From contig JAPLXP010000014.1 in assembly GCA_026396015.1 (NCBI GenBank), positions 15,944-79,943 of the forward strand: 64,000 nucleotides of DNA. Reading direction: 5' to 3'. The position numbers and the translations under genes are program-made. Position 1 is the stretch's first letter. Each line of letters starts with the position of its first letter. Shown here piece after piece: positions 11,750-21,571 of this stretch. The notes under the pieces were generated by a model. It saw only the letters and a list, made by a program, of their open reading frames with translations. It made no database searches and was not told the DNA's origin. The stretch is from Candidatus Nomurabacteria bacterium. GTDB lineage: Bacteria > Patescibacteriota > Minisyncoccia > Phycocordibacterales > UBA9973.

Positions 11750-11751
11750 AG

Positions 11752-13761
11752 GTGCATCTTAACACATATCCCTTTTGGAATCAAGCATCTACCCAAATAC
11801 TATGCTATAATACCCTCATGAAAACACAGACTCCTAAAAAAGACCCAAAAACACCTATTTCACGCAATGCTGAGGGTATTATATCTATATCACACAAAGG
11901 TTACGGTACTATCAACAAAGGCCGTGACAATGAAGTTGAAATAGATCACGCTTTTCTTCATACAGCACTCCATGGAGACACAGTAAAGGTACTAATCCAC
12001 CCAAAAGCAAAAGATGAAGTTCAAAAAGGTGAAGTCGTAGAGATCCTCCGTCACAGCAAACACGGTTTTGCAGGAATTCTAGAAAAAGAACACGATACAT
12101 ATTTTCTAATCCCGAGTGATTTGAAGATGTATGCTGATATTATAATCCCCTCTGATAAATTAAATGGTGCCCAAATCGGACAAAAGATATTCGTAGTCAT
12201 TACAGAATGGAAAGATTCTAAAAAAGCACCAGTTGGTGAAGTAAGAAAAGTTCTAGGTATGCCGATGGAGCATAATGCAGAGATGGAGGCCATCGCACTG
12301 GAAAAAGGATTCGATGCACACTTCCCTAGCGATGTTGAAGCTGAAGCAAAAGCAATCTCAGCACGTGGAATAACAGAAAAAGATTTTGATGGACGCCGTG
12401 ATATGCGTGGTGTGTCTACTTTTACTATCGACCCATTCGATGCCAAGGATTACGATGATGCATTATCATTCGCGACTCTTTCAAATGGTAATTACGAAAT
12501 AGGCATACACATCGCAGATGTATCACACTATGTGAAGATCGGTACAGCCCTCGATGACGAGGCACACACTCGTGGTACTTCTGTATATTTAGTAGATAGG
12601 ACAATACCGATGCTACCAGAGGAACTCTCAAATGACCTATGTAGTCTCAAAGAAGGTGTAGATCGTCTAACTTTTTCATCTATTTTTGAACTCGATGATA
12701 ATGGTCAAGTACACAATGAATGGTTCGGCCGCACTGTCATACATTCAGATAAGAGATTTACATATGAAAATGCTCAAGAAATAATAACTGCAAAAACTGG
12801 CCTATTCTTCAACGAATTAAATATACTGAACAATATCGCAAAGAAATTGACCAAACAAAGATTCAAGGATGGCGCAATATCACTAGAACAAGATGAAGTA
12901 AAATTCAAACTTGACCCCAATGGTGTTCCCCTTTCTGTATATACAAAAGAAAGACAGGATACAAATAAAATGATTGAAGAATTCATGCTATTGGCAAACC
13001 GCCGCGTAGCAGAGGTGATGTCCAGCAAGAAGCAAGGCGAGAAGAATATCGTCATGTATCGTATTCACGATACTCCAAACAAGGAGCGCATGCAGGATTT
13101 AGCCTTCTTCCTCAAAAAGCTTGGTTACAATGTGACATTAAAGGACGGTATCATCCCAGCAAATGAGATCAACAATCTCGTAGGTCAACTCGAGCATAGC
13201 CCCCTTCGTGATACAGTACACACAGCGATAATCCGCACAATGGCAAAGGCTATATACTCTACAAAGAATATCGGGCACTGGGGTCTAGGATTCAAATACT
13301 ATACACACTTCACCTCACCTATCCGTAGATATCCTGATATCATCGTACATCGAATGCTCGCAGACTTTCTGGTAAATAAAATAATTCCAAAAGAAAAATT
13401 CTTTGAATATGAAAAGATGGGAAGTGAAGCTAGTAGCCGTGAAAAGGAGGCCGCAGATGCAGAGCGCTCAAGTATCAAATACAAACAAGTAGAATACATG
13501 TCTACTCGTATTGGTCAGAGCTTTACAGGTATCATTACAGGAGTCACAGAGTGGGGCCTATATGTAGAGGAAAAGTCTACAAAATGTGAAGGTATGGTCC
13601 GTATGCGTGAACTAAAAGACGACTATTATACTTTTGATAAAAAGAGAATGAGTATCAGCGGAAAAAAGACTCACAAAAAATACACACTAGGCGACACAGT
13701 TCAATTCAAAGTCACAAGCGCTGACATGAACAAAAAGACTATTGATTACATAATAATTTAA
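11752..13761 (+). CDS. rnr: ribonuclease R / RNase II family exoribonuclease
   Basis: RNB domain motifs RRDMRGVSTFTIDPFDAKDYDDALS and HFTSPIRRYPDIIVHR. C-terminal S1-like domain. True start likely MKTQTPKK (~11818). Confidence 0.9.
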   Translation: MHLNTYPFWNQASTQILCYNTLMKTQTPKKDPKTPISRNAEGIISISHKGYGTINKGRDNEVEIDHAFLHTALHGDTVKVLIHPKAKDEVQKGEVVEILRHSKHGFAGILEKEHDTYFLIPSDLKMYADIIIPSDKLNGAQIGQKIFVVITEWKDSKKAPVGEVRKVLGMPMEHNAEMEAIALEKGFDAHFPSDVEAEAKAISARGITEKDFDGRRDMRGVSTFTIDPFDAKDYDDALSFATLSNGNYEIGIHIADVSHYVKIGTALDDEAHTRGTSVYLVDRTIPMLPEELSNDLCSLKEGVDRLTFSSIFELDDNGQVHNEWFGRTVIHSDKRFTYENAQEIITAKTGLFFNELNILNNIAKKLTKQRFKDGAISLEQDEVKFKLDPNGVPLSVYTKERQDTNKMIEEFMLLANRRVAEVMSSKKQGEKNIVMYRIHDTPNKERMQDLAFFLKKLGYNVTLKDGIIPANEINNLVGQLEHSPLRDTVHTAIIRTMAKAIYSTKNIGHWGLGFKYYTHFTSPIRRYPDIIVHRMLADFLVNKIIPKEKFFEYEKMGSEASSREKEAADAERSSIKYKQVEYMSTRIGQSFTGIITGVTEWGLYVEEKSTKCEGMVRMRELKDDYYTFDKKRMSISGKKTHKKYTLGDTVQFKVTSADMNKKTIDYIII

Positions 13762-13765
13762 AAAC

Positions 13766-14587
13766 ATGAAGCCAATCATAATAAAAAGAAAATATAAAAA
13801 TCCAATTATAGCAATCATAATATTGATTATTATAATTAGTATTACATATGTTGTATTTGCATACAGAAAAGCAGAAGCACCAAAAATACCAGAGATAAAA
13901 AATGAAGTTAAAAGTGATATTCAGAAATCCGCAACAGAGAGCAAGGAAAATACTAACAATAAAAATATTGGTACATATAAAATAACAAAAGATTTTAAAG
14001 TAATACCAACAGATAAAAATGCTGACAAGAAAGTAGTACTGCTAACTATCGATGACGGTCCTAGCTCACAATCATCTGATATTGTGAAGACTCTGACAGA
14101 TGCAAACATCCATGCTATATTTTTTATCAATGGCACAAATATAAAAGCTCACCCAGATGCACTTAAACAAGAATTTGCTGCTGGAAATATGATAGGCAAC
14201 CATACTTGGGATCATAAGAATTTACATCTTATAAAAGACGAAACAGCAAAAAAGGAAATTGATATGAACACAGATATCATAGTAAAAGAAACTGGAGTAA
14301 AGCCAATATTCTTTCGTTCACCATTTGGAGCTCTGACGACTTTTGCAAAAGATTACACTGAGAAAGAAGGAATGTTCCCATTCAATTGGTCTGATGCTGC
14401 ACTGGACTGGGAAAAGAACACAAAAGATAAAAAAGTATTTATCGCCAATGTTATCAAAGGTATCGGCCCAGGATCAATAATCTTGATGCACGAGCACCCA
14501 TGGTCACGAGATGCCCTCCCTGATCTAATCAAAGAAATAAAATCAAAAGGATATACATTCGTAGATCCAAAAGATATAGTTAAATAA
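13766..14587 (+). CDS. membrane-anchored polysaccharide deacetylase (NodB-homology domain)
   Basis: N-terminal TM helix, then VVLLTIDDGPS...GNHTWDHKNL, which is the NodB catalytic motif. Confidence 0.8.
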   Translation: MKPIIIKRKYKNPIIAIIILIIIISITYVVFAYRKAEAPKIPEIKNEVKSDIQKSATESKENTNNKNIGTYKITKDFKVIPTDKNADKKVVLLTIDDGPSSQSSDIVKTLTDANIHAIFFINGTNIKAHPDALKQEFAAGNMIGNHTWDHKNLHLIKDETAKKEIDMNTDIIVKETGVKPIFFRSPFGALTTFAKDYTEKEGMFPFNWSDAALDWEKNTKDKKVFIANVIKGIGPGSIILMHEHPWSRDALPDLIKEIKSKGYTFVDPKDIVK

Positions 14588-14589
14588 AT

Positions 14590-14626
14590 AAAATACCTCA
14601 CAATATTTGTGAGGTATTTTATTTAT
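14590..14626. terminator. bidirectional intrinsic terminator hairpin
   Basis: aaaatacctcacaatatttgtgaggtatttt with flanking A/T runs, between the convergent deacetylase and smc genes. Confidence 0.7.
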
Positions 14627-16887
14627 TTTGCGTAAACTTCTGCGTCGTCGAGTTTGATAGAAAGGAGTTTGGAGGCACCAAGAGCGTCCATAGTCACACC
14701 GTAGAGGACCTGTGCTCGAGACATAGTCTCGCGATTGTGAGTCACCACGATCAGCTGTGAACACTTGGATAAATTCTCAATCATGTTTCCATACTTGCGA
14801 GAGTTTGCTTCGTCCAATGCTGCATCAGTCTCGTCGAGGACTAGGAATGGCGGAGGATTGACCTGTGATATAGCAAATAGCAATGCGATAGATGTCAGTG
14901 ATCTTTCTCCACCCGAGAGCATATGTAGGTCTTTGACTTTCTTTTGAGGTAGAGTCACATTGATCTCTATCCCCCTTTCAAATCCAAGCTCTGTATCCTC
15001 TTCGGCTTCAGGATCTACTTCTTCTAGTTCATCTTTCTTGCGACTCTTCTTGTGCTCCATAGTCACAGATAGGAATGCAGATCCACCACCGAACATTAGA
15101 GAAAAGAATTCTTGGAATTGCTTATTAATCTTCTCTACCCCACGTTTAAATTCAGTATCTAGAGTATCCTTGAGATCTACTATCAAAGTACGGAGTGATT
15201 CAATGCTCTTTTGCAGATCAACCAATTCTTTTTCTAGGAACTGATCTCGTTCACGAGTATCTTCATATTCTTTTATAAGATCTCCACCACCAAGAGCCCC
15301 AGAGTCTTCTAATTTGATTTTAATACGCTCTATCTTGCGGCGAGCTTCGTCCTGAGAGCTGCGAGATACACTTGCACCATCTACATCCATTCGTACGTAT
15401 TCTAGGACCTCACGGCCGATAATAACAGATGCCTCGGATACTTCTGATTCAAATGCATTCTTGATATTTGTGAGTTTTTCTTCTTCGAATACTAGGCCAT
15501 GCATATTTGATACGAGTGTATTCTTTTCAGCTAGGAGTTCATACAGCACTCTCTCACTATCACGATTTGCATTTTGGCTTTGCTTTTCTGCATCACGAAT
15601 AGAATTTATAGCTGCAATTATCTCACCCTCTTCCTTGCTCATATTTTCTATATCTAGGTTGATACTCTCGCGTACTGATTCGAGTTCAATATATTCGCGC
15701 TTTAATTCTTCTTTGACTGAATTTGCTTCTTCTTTGTTTGAAGTCACACGAACAGAAGCCAACCGATTGCGAATACGAGCAAAGATATCCTTTAGCACAC
15801 CGAGATCTTCTGTATTGTCAGATTCAGAAAGGAATGATTCTAAATCATTTGCAAATCCTTGCCATGCTTCTTTTGAGATAATATCAACGCGCACTTCTGG
15901 AACTTTATTGATAGATCGCATGATACTATCGATGGACCCTTCGATGCGTCCGAGCTTGCGAGATAATTCGTCCTTCTTGCGACGTAGTTCCACAAGGAAA
16001 GATTCCCGGTCTCTGAGATCTTCTTTATAACTCTCATCATTTTGAATTTGATTCTTATTACTTTCCACAGCTGAAATACGGCCCTCGATATTCACAATAG
16101 CTTCATCCAGTGTTCGTCTCTTGTGTATTAGCCTATGAGATTCTGCTTTTGTATATGCGGATTCTCGAGATAAATAATCTCGATAGAGTACCCCCAATTC
16201 TTCTCGCATCTCACGAGCTTTTTCTAGCTTTTCAACTTGCTTCTTCAAAAAAGTAAGATGAGGAATGACTTCACGTCTCTGAGCTTGAACCTCTTTCATA
16301 TTCAAAACTGTCTTTTCTAGTTTGCGATCTGTCTCCTTGATTCTGAATTGATACACCTTCAGTCCGAGGGCATCCTCGATCATTCCACGTCGATCTTTAC
16401 TACTCGCATTGAGCACTCGATCTGCCTCACCTTGGGATATGATATGGTGACCTGAGCTACCGATATTCACAGATGCAAGTAAATCATTCACATCCTTTAG
16501 GCGTACTTCTGTACCATTGATACTGTACTTATTGGCACCATCTGCAAAGACTTCACGGGATACTGTAATCTCGTCGTAGTCTAGAGATACTCCGAGCCCA
16601 GAATTTGTAAAAGAAAATATTTTATTTTTATTATCAAAAGTAATAGATACAGATGCACGATTCGCAGCTGATAGAGATTTTGATCCCTTGTATATCAAAT
16701 CCACTCCACCTTTCCCGCGGAGAGATTTCATAGACTGCTCGCCGAGAACGAAACGAATTGCTTCGACGATATTTGATTTTCCAGATCCATTTGGACCTAC
16801 GATAGCAGTAACAGGCGTCGTATAATGTACAACGCTCTTTTTACCAAATGATTTAAAAGACGAAAGCTCTAGAGCTTTTAATGTCAT
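14623..16887 (-). CDS. smc: SMC-family chromosome segregation ATPase, short (754 aa) with no recognisable hinge
   Basis: N-terminal Walker A head FKSFGKK...AIVGPNGSGKSNIVEAIRFVLGE and C-terminal signature LSGGERSLTSIALLFAI...LVLDETDAALD. The middle is charged coiled-coil only. Canonical position downstream of rnc. Confidence 0.85.
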   Translation of the reverse strand: MTLKALELSSFKSFGKKSVVHYTTPVTAIVGPNGSGKSNIVEAIRFVLGEQSMKSLRGKGGVDLIYKGSKSLSAANRASVSITFDNKNKIFSFTNSGLGVSLDYDEITVSREVFADGANKYSINGTEVRLKDVNDLLASVNIGSSGHHIISQGEADRVLNASSKDRRGMIEDALGLKVYQFRIKETDRKLEKTVLNMKEVQAQRREVIPHLTFLKKQVEKLEKAREMREELGVLYRDYLSRESAYTKAESHRLIHKRRTLDEAIVNIEGRISAVESNKNQIQNDESYKEDLRDRESFLVELRRKKDELSRKLGRIEGSIDSIMRSINKVPEVRVDIISKEAWQGFANDLESFLSESDNTEDLGVLKDIFARIRNRLASVRVTSNKEEANSVKEELKREYIELESVRESINLDIENMSKEEGEIIAAINSIRDAEKQSQNANRDSERVLYELLAEKNTLVSNMHGLVFEEEKLTNIKNAFESEVSEASVIIGREVLEYVRMDVDGASVSRSSQDEARRKIERIKIKLEDSGALGGGDLIKEYEDTRERDQFLEKELVDLQKSIESLRTLIVDLKDTLDTEFKRGVEKINKQFQEFFSLMFGGGSAFLSVTMEHKKSRKKDELEEVDPEAEEDTELGFERGIEINVTLPQKKVKDLHMLSGGERSLTSIALLFAISQVNPPPFLVLDETDAALDEANSRKYGNMIENLSKCSQLIVVTHNRETMSRAQVLYGVTMDALGASKLLSIKLDDAEVYAK

Positions 16888-16890
16888 AAA

Positions 16891-17586
16891 TTAATCCAAC
16901 CACTTCTTAGCTTCTAATGCATTGCGGGCTGCTGATTGTTCAGCTTCTTGTTTACTCTTACCTTTACCCAATGCAATGCGATCATCACCAAAGAAAATAG
17001 CGATAGTGAAATGTTTATCATGATCAGGACCAGACTCGCTGACTACCTTGTAAGACGGAGTCACACCTACGTGCTCTTGAGATTTTTCTTGAACTAGACT
17101 CTTTGCATCTCTCCACAACTTCTTGGCTACGATCTCATCTATTTTACCAAATAAAGTACGAGCAATAAAATCCTCGGCCACGTCATAACCACGATCAAGA
17201 TATACAGCACCTACGTATGCCTCGTATGTATTGGCTAGGATATAACTACGAGCTTTACCCATATCTTTTGATTCACCTTTTGAGAGGAGCAGGTAGTTGT
17301 TCATACCGAGCTCACCAGCCACCTCACCTATGATCACAGCATTCACTAATGCTGATCTATATGCCGTTAGCTCACCTTCGTCACATTTTGGATATTTACG
17401 ATAAAGATAATTTGTGACTGCGAGTTCAAGAACTGCATCACCCAAAAATTCTAGACGCTCATTGTGAGACAATCTAGATCCTGAGTTTTCATTTATATAG
17501 GATCGATGAATAAAAGCTTGTTCTAAAAGTTTTTTATCATCAAAGATAATTCCTATATCTTTTTCAAATTTTGTAAAATCAATCAT
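16891..17586 (-). CDS. rnc: ribonuclease III
   Basis: ERLEFLGDAVLELAV RNase III signature plus C-terminal dsRBD. Confidence 0.92.
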   Translation of the reverse strand: MIDFTKFEKDIGIIFDDKKLLEQAFIHRSYINENSGSRLSHNERLEFLGDAVLELAVTNYLYRKYPKCDEGELTAYRSALVNAVIIGEVAGELGMNNYLLLSKGESKDMGKARSYILANTYEAYVGAVYLDRGYDVAEDFIARTLFGKIDEIVAKKLWRDAKSLVQEKSQEHVGVTPSYKVVSESGPDHDKHFTIAIFFGDDRIALGKGKSKQEAEQSAARNALEAKKWLD

Positions 17587-17590
17587 TAGA

Positions 17591-17660
17591 TTAGTTTCTA
17601 GGTTCTAGTGACTAGGTACTAGTATATTTTCTTTACTAGAAGCTAGTCACTAGAACCTAA
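17591..17660. promoter_or_regulatory. CTAG-rich palindromic intergenic element (family C): aggttctagtgactag ... ctagtcactagaacct
   Basis: Perfect 16-bp inverted repeat around an AT-rich spacer. It lies between the NusB-Nudix stop and the rnc start. The same motif recurs at ~52058, ~61000, ~61590 and ~58430. Confidence 0.6.
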
Positions 17661-18562
17661 TTCTTTGTTAATATTTCAATAGCTTTTGTGAGAAGCGGAA
17701 TCATATTTTCATAAATACGTAGTCCTGCTATCTCCTCGATTGGGAACCATTGCGCCCCATCGAGACCTCCTGTACCCTTTTCAAGTGTGATTTCTGTATA
17801 TTCTGATTCACCGAGAAAGAATACAACTTGCTTACGAATCTTTCCTTTTTCTGGGTGATTTGCTATGTATTCGTTGCGTCCAAGGATTTCCTTAATTTTA
17901 ATATCAAGATCCATTTCTTCTTTTATCTCACGAATAGCACCTTGTTCTTCATTCTCTCCATCTTCAATACTACCCTTGGATAATGTCCAGTATCCAAACA
18001 CATCATGAACAAAAGCAAAATACAATTTGCCATCATGATTTGAATAAACTACAGCTCCAGCTTTCTTTTCAATTGGGAATTTTGCAGGGTCAGTCTCAGT
18101 GAATTTTGGATTCTTCTTTTTGCTGACATCATCTTTGCCTGGCTCACCGATCTCCTTGTACACACCACCGAGGACTCCGTTTATAAACTTACTTGAATTC
18201 TCTCCACCAAAACTTTTAGCAAGTTCGATAGACTCATTTATAGCTACCTTTGGAGGAACCTGTGTTCTATCACCAAAAAGAAGCTCGTAGAGCCCCATAC
18301 GTAGAATATTACGATCAACTATAGATATCTTTTCAATTGGCCAATCAGGAGCAGCTTTTTCAATAATCTCATCGATTATAGCCTTCTTTTTTACGACACC
18401 GTTAAAAATCTCTTCTATGAAAGAGTTATCATCGAGGCCTGGACCAAATTCCTCTATATTGCGATCAAGCATAACAGTAGGAGATTCATCCTTATTCACA
18501 CCGAAATCCCACTCAAAGAGTGTTTGTAGAACAATTGAACGTGAAAGGTGCCTGTTTGCCAT
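17657..18562 (-). CDS. nusB: NusB antitermination factor fused to a C-terminal Nudix hydrolase domain
   Basis: N-terminal 140 aa are NusB-like (HLSRSIVLQTLFEWDF...AINESIELAKSFGGENSSKFINGVLG). The C-terminal half carries a Nudix box GSIEDGENEEQGAIREIKEEMDL (G-x5-E-x7-REUxEExGU). Confidence 0.8.
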   Translation of the reverse strand: MANRHLSRSIVLQTLFEWDFGVNKDESPTVMLDRNIEEFGPGLDDNSFIEEIFNGVVKKKAIIDEIIEKAAPDWPIEKISIVDRNILRMGLYELLFGDRTQVPPKVAINESIELAKSFGGENSSKFINGVLGGVYKEIGEPGKDDVSKKKNPKFTETDPAKFPIEKKAGAVVYSNHDGKLYFAFVHDVFGYWTLSKGSIEDGENEEQGAIREIKEEMDLDIKIKEILGRNEYIANHPEKGKIRKQVVFFLGESEYTEITLEKGTGGLDGAQWFPIEEIAGLRIYENMIPLLTKAIEILTKN

Positions 18563-18643
18563 AATTTTAGCTTTTTGAAAGCTTAAAGCTTTAGGCGTTA
18601 ATATAGTTTTTTAAACCTATATTAATGCGCCAAAACTCAAAGC

Positions 18644-18856
18644 TTACTTTGACTTTGTTTTTGTTGCTTTTTTTGTAACTTTCTTCACCACATCGAGAAC
18701 TTTTCTACCACGATACATGCCGCAGTTCTTGCAAACTGAGTGAGTCTCTTTTGGAGCCTGACAATTTGAACAAGCACCAAAAACTGTGCCTTTCAAAGCA
18801 TGATGTGAGCGTCGATTCCCTGTATGAGAACGTGTATGTCGCATTCGTACTACCAT
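18644..18856 (-). CDS. rpmF: 50S ribosomal protein L32 with K-rich C-terminal tail
   Basis: MVVRMRHTRSHTGNRRSHHAL...C-x2-C...C-x2-C matches the L32 zinc ribbon. The track ORF begins upstream at 18907, but the internal Met fits L32. Confidence 0.85.
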   Translation of the reverse strand: MVVRMRHTRSHTGNRRSHHALKGTVFGACSNCQAPKETHSVCKNCGMYRGRKVLDVVKKVTKKATKTKSK

Positions 18857-18896
18857 AAATACAAGTATACTGATTTTTACATAAAATGCAAATAAA

Positions 18897-18928
18897 AAGC
18901 CACTCATTCAGAATGAGTGGCTTTTTTG
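18897..18928 (-). terminator. intrinsic terminator
   Basis: aaaagccactcattcagaatgagtggcttttttg hairpin plus U-run downstream of the 18942..19709 gene. Confidence 0.7.
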
Positions 18929-18941
18929 TTTTTGCGACAAA

Positions 18942-19709
18942 TCAACGGCTTGCCTTGATATTTTTTTTCAAAAAATTAAATTTTTTGGGGTTTGATTCAA
19001 TAACAAACCTCAGTCCTTTTTCAAAATTATTTGAATGACCGTTATATAGTGATGCTCCGGTGCATTCACTAATTTCTTCAGAATAAGACCTGATAATTTT
19101 AGGATCAGGAGACCCAATAAAAGAACTAGGTGCATCTATGTCCATAGAAACAAAGTTCAATTTAAAATGACATGCAACTTCTGAGACTGACAATAAAGAT
19201 ACTATTCCGACCCTTGTTGCATCAATTTCCTCTTTTAATTCCCTTTTAACTGAATTAATCTGAGTTTCTTCGATTAAACGCAAAAAAAGATCCTCACTTT
19301 TATTTTTAAAAGTATCTTGGACTTTTTTGAATAAATTAGCAGTAAACTCATTAAAAATAGGATTTGCTGTTGCAAAATCTGTGATGCCATTAGAGTCCGA
19401 TACATACTGACGATTAAGTACATCAATCTCCATGTAGAGATATTCCAAAGAATGATCTCTATGGCCTGAAGATGTAAAACATTGTACCATATTGTCTATG
19501 GCTTTAAGCAAATCCTCACCAATAAATTTACCTCCAGGAATTCTTTTTTGAATTTCAAATTTGGAAAATTTATAATCTACTAACCAAACTCTTGGCGTCT
19601 CTCTTAGATCAAAAGACACGCAATTTACTGCGTAATTAAAAGTGTTAGGATTCTGAAAAACAGAATTCAAACCAGAGCCCGAGCGGGTCCCAATATCATT
19701 TTTTTTCAT
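18942..19709 (-). CDS. hypothetical protein
   Basis: 255-aa ORF with coding-like composition. No motif I can assign. Confidence 0.4.
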   Translation of the reverse strand: MKKNDIGTRSGSGLNSVFQNPNTFNYAVNCVSFDLRETPRVWLVDYKFSKFEIQKRIPGGKFIGEDLLKAIDNMVQCFTSSGHRDHSLEYLYMEIDVLNRQYVSDSNGITDFATANPIFNEFTANLFKKVQDTFKNKSEDLFLRLIEETQINSVKRELKEEIDATRVGIVSLLSVSEVACHFKLNFVSMDIDAPSSFIGSPDPKIIRSYSEEISECTGASLYNGHSNNFEKGLRFVIESNPKKFNFLKKNIKASR

Positions 19710-19811
19710 ATTTAATGTTTTAAATTTAAAAGTATTATATCACAACAGCATAATAAAGTCAATAATATAAAAGTCTTACAATGTAAAGTTTTTATGATAT
19801 AGTAAAAAGAT

Positions 19812-21557
19812 ATGGAAAATACAGAAAAATTACAAAATATCCGCCATACATTGGCTCACCTTTTAGCGCAAGCTGTAAAAAAAAATTATCCAAATGTTCA
19901 ACTAACCCTCGGTCCTGCCGTTGATAATGGATTCTACTATGACATAGATTTTGGCACAGATAAATTAAGTGATGAGGATTTATCTAAAATCCAAGCTACA
20001 ATGCTCGAGAATATCCCCTCTTGGACAACTTTCACACATGAGGAAGTATCAAAAGAAAAAGCTCTAGAAATTTTTGCTGGCAATGTATACAAAGCAGAGT
20101 TGATAAATGAGATAGCAGATCGTGGTGAAGTAATCACACTATACACATGTGGTGGATTCACAGACCTTTGTCGAGGTGGACATGCAGAAAATCCTGCAGC
20201 AGAAATACCAGCAGATTCATTCAAGCTCGACCGTGTAGCTGGTGCATACTGGCGTGGGAGTGAGTTGAATAAAATGCTCACTCGTATTTATGGACTAGCA
20301 TTTGAAAATAAAGAAGAATTAGAAAAATACATTTGGCAATTAGAAGAAGCAAAAAAGAGAGACCACAGAAAGATTGGTAAGGAGATGGGATTATTCGTAT
20401 TCTCAGAGCTCGTAGGACCTGGACTACCACTATGGACTCCAAAAGGTACAATCATCCGTGAATTGCTAAATGACTATGTCTGGGAACTCCGTAAAAAACA
20501 TGGATACCAAAAAGTCACAATTCCACATATTACAAAAAAGGAGTTATACGAGACCTCAGGACACTGGGCAAAATACGCCGACGACCTATTCAAGATAAAT
20601 ACTCGTGAGAATCATACCTTTGCGATGAAGCCTATGAATTGCCCACACCATACTCAAATATTCGACTGTGAGCCTCGTAGCTATCGTGATATGCCACAGA
20701 GATACTGTGAGACTACAATGGTATACAGAGATGAACAATCTGGAGAGCTTTCAGGATTATCTCGTGTACTCTCTATCACTCAGGATGATGCACATGTATT
20801 CTGCCGTGAGAATCAAATAGAGGCAGAAGCTATTGTCATCTGGGATATCATCGAGACATTCTATAAAACATTTGGTTTTGATTTAAAAGTTCGCTTTTCA
20901 AAACACGACCCTGCTACACCTGAAAAATATCTAGGAAGTCCAGAAACTTGGGCAAAAGCAGAAGGTGCACTCCAGAGTCTAATGGAGAAAAAAGGAGTAG
21001 AGTGGATAGATGGTACAGGTGAAGCTGCATTCTACGGACCAAAGATCGACTTTATATCTCATGACTCCATCGGCCGTGTACTACAGGTTGCTACAATTCA
21101 ATTAGATTTTAACCAGCCAAAAAACTTTGGATTAACATTTACAAATGAAAAGGGTGAGAAGGAGCAAGTAGTCATGATTCACTGTGCAATCATGGGATCA
21201 ATAGAGAGATTCATGTCTACACTCATCGAGCATCTCGCTGGTGTATTCCCTATCTGGCTATCACCTACACAGATATCTGTAATACCTGTAAAAGAAAACC
21301 ATGAAGAAGATACAATAAAAATAATAGAGGCATTGAATAATGAATCTATCCGTACAAATCATGTGACAAATGGTGACAGCCTAGGCAAAAGAATTCATGC
21401 AGGTAAAAAAGGAAATACTCCATATGTAATAGTCTATGGAGACAAAGAAAAGGAATCCGGAATGCTGACTATCGAGACTCGTACTGGAGAAAAAATTCAA
21501 ATAACCATCGAAGCATTAATAGAAAAAATAAATACAGAAATTAAAAACCGCTCATAG
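19812..21557 (+). CDS. thrS: threonyl-tRNA synthetase lacking the N-terminal TGS domain
   Basis: RHTLAHLLAQA...GPAVDNGFYYD (N2 editing domain), HRKIGKEMGLF, KPMNCPHHTQIF class II core, C-terminal anticodon-binding domain. Confidence 0.92.
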   Translation: MENTEKLQNIRHTLAHLLAQAVKKNYPNVQLTLGPAVDNGFYYDIDFGTDKLSDEDLSKIQATMLENIPSWTTFTHEEVSKEKALEIFAGNVYKAELINEIADRGEVITLYTCGGFTDLCRGGHAENPAAEIPADSFKLDRVAGAYWRGSELNKMLTRIYGLAFENKEELEKYIWQLEEAKKRDHRKIGKEMGLFVFSELVGPGLPLWTPKGTIIRELLNDYVWELRKKHGYQKVTIPHITKKELYETSGHWAKYADDLFKINTRENHTFAMKPMNCPHHTQIFDCEPRSYRDMPQRYCETTMVYRDEQSGELSGLSRVLSITQDDAHVFCRENQIEAEAIVIWDIIETFYKTFGFDLKVRFSKHDPATPEKYLGSPETWAKAEGALQSLMEKKGVEWIDGTGEAAFYGPKIDFISHDSIGRVLQVATIQLDFNQPKNFGLTFTNEKGEKEQVVMIHCAIMGSIERFMSTLIEHLAGVFPIWLSPTQISVIPVKENHEEDTIKIIEALNNESIRTNHVTNGDSLGKRIHAGKKGNTPYVIVYGDKEKESGMLTIETRTGEKIQITIEALIEKINTEIKNRS

Positions 21558-21567
21558 AGCGGTTTTT
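21542..21567. terminator. bidirectional terminator hairpin
   Basis: aaaaaccgctcatagagcggttttt between the convergent thrS and pilin genes. Confidence 0.75.
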
Positions 21568-21571
21568 AATT

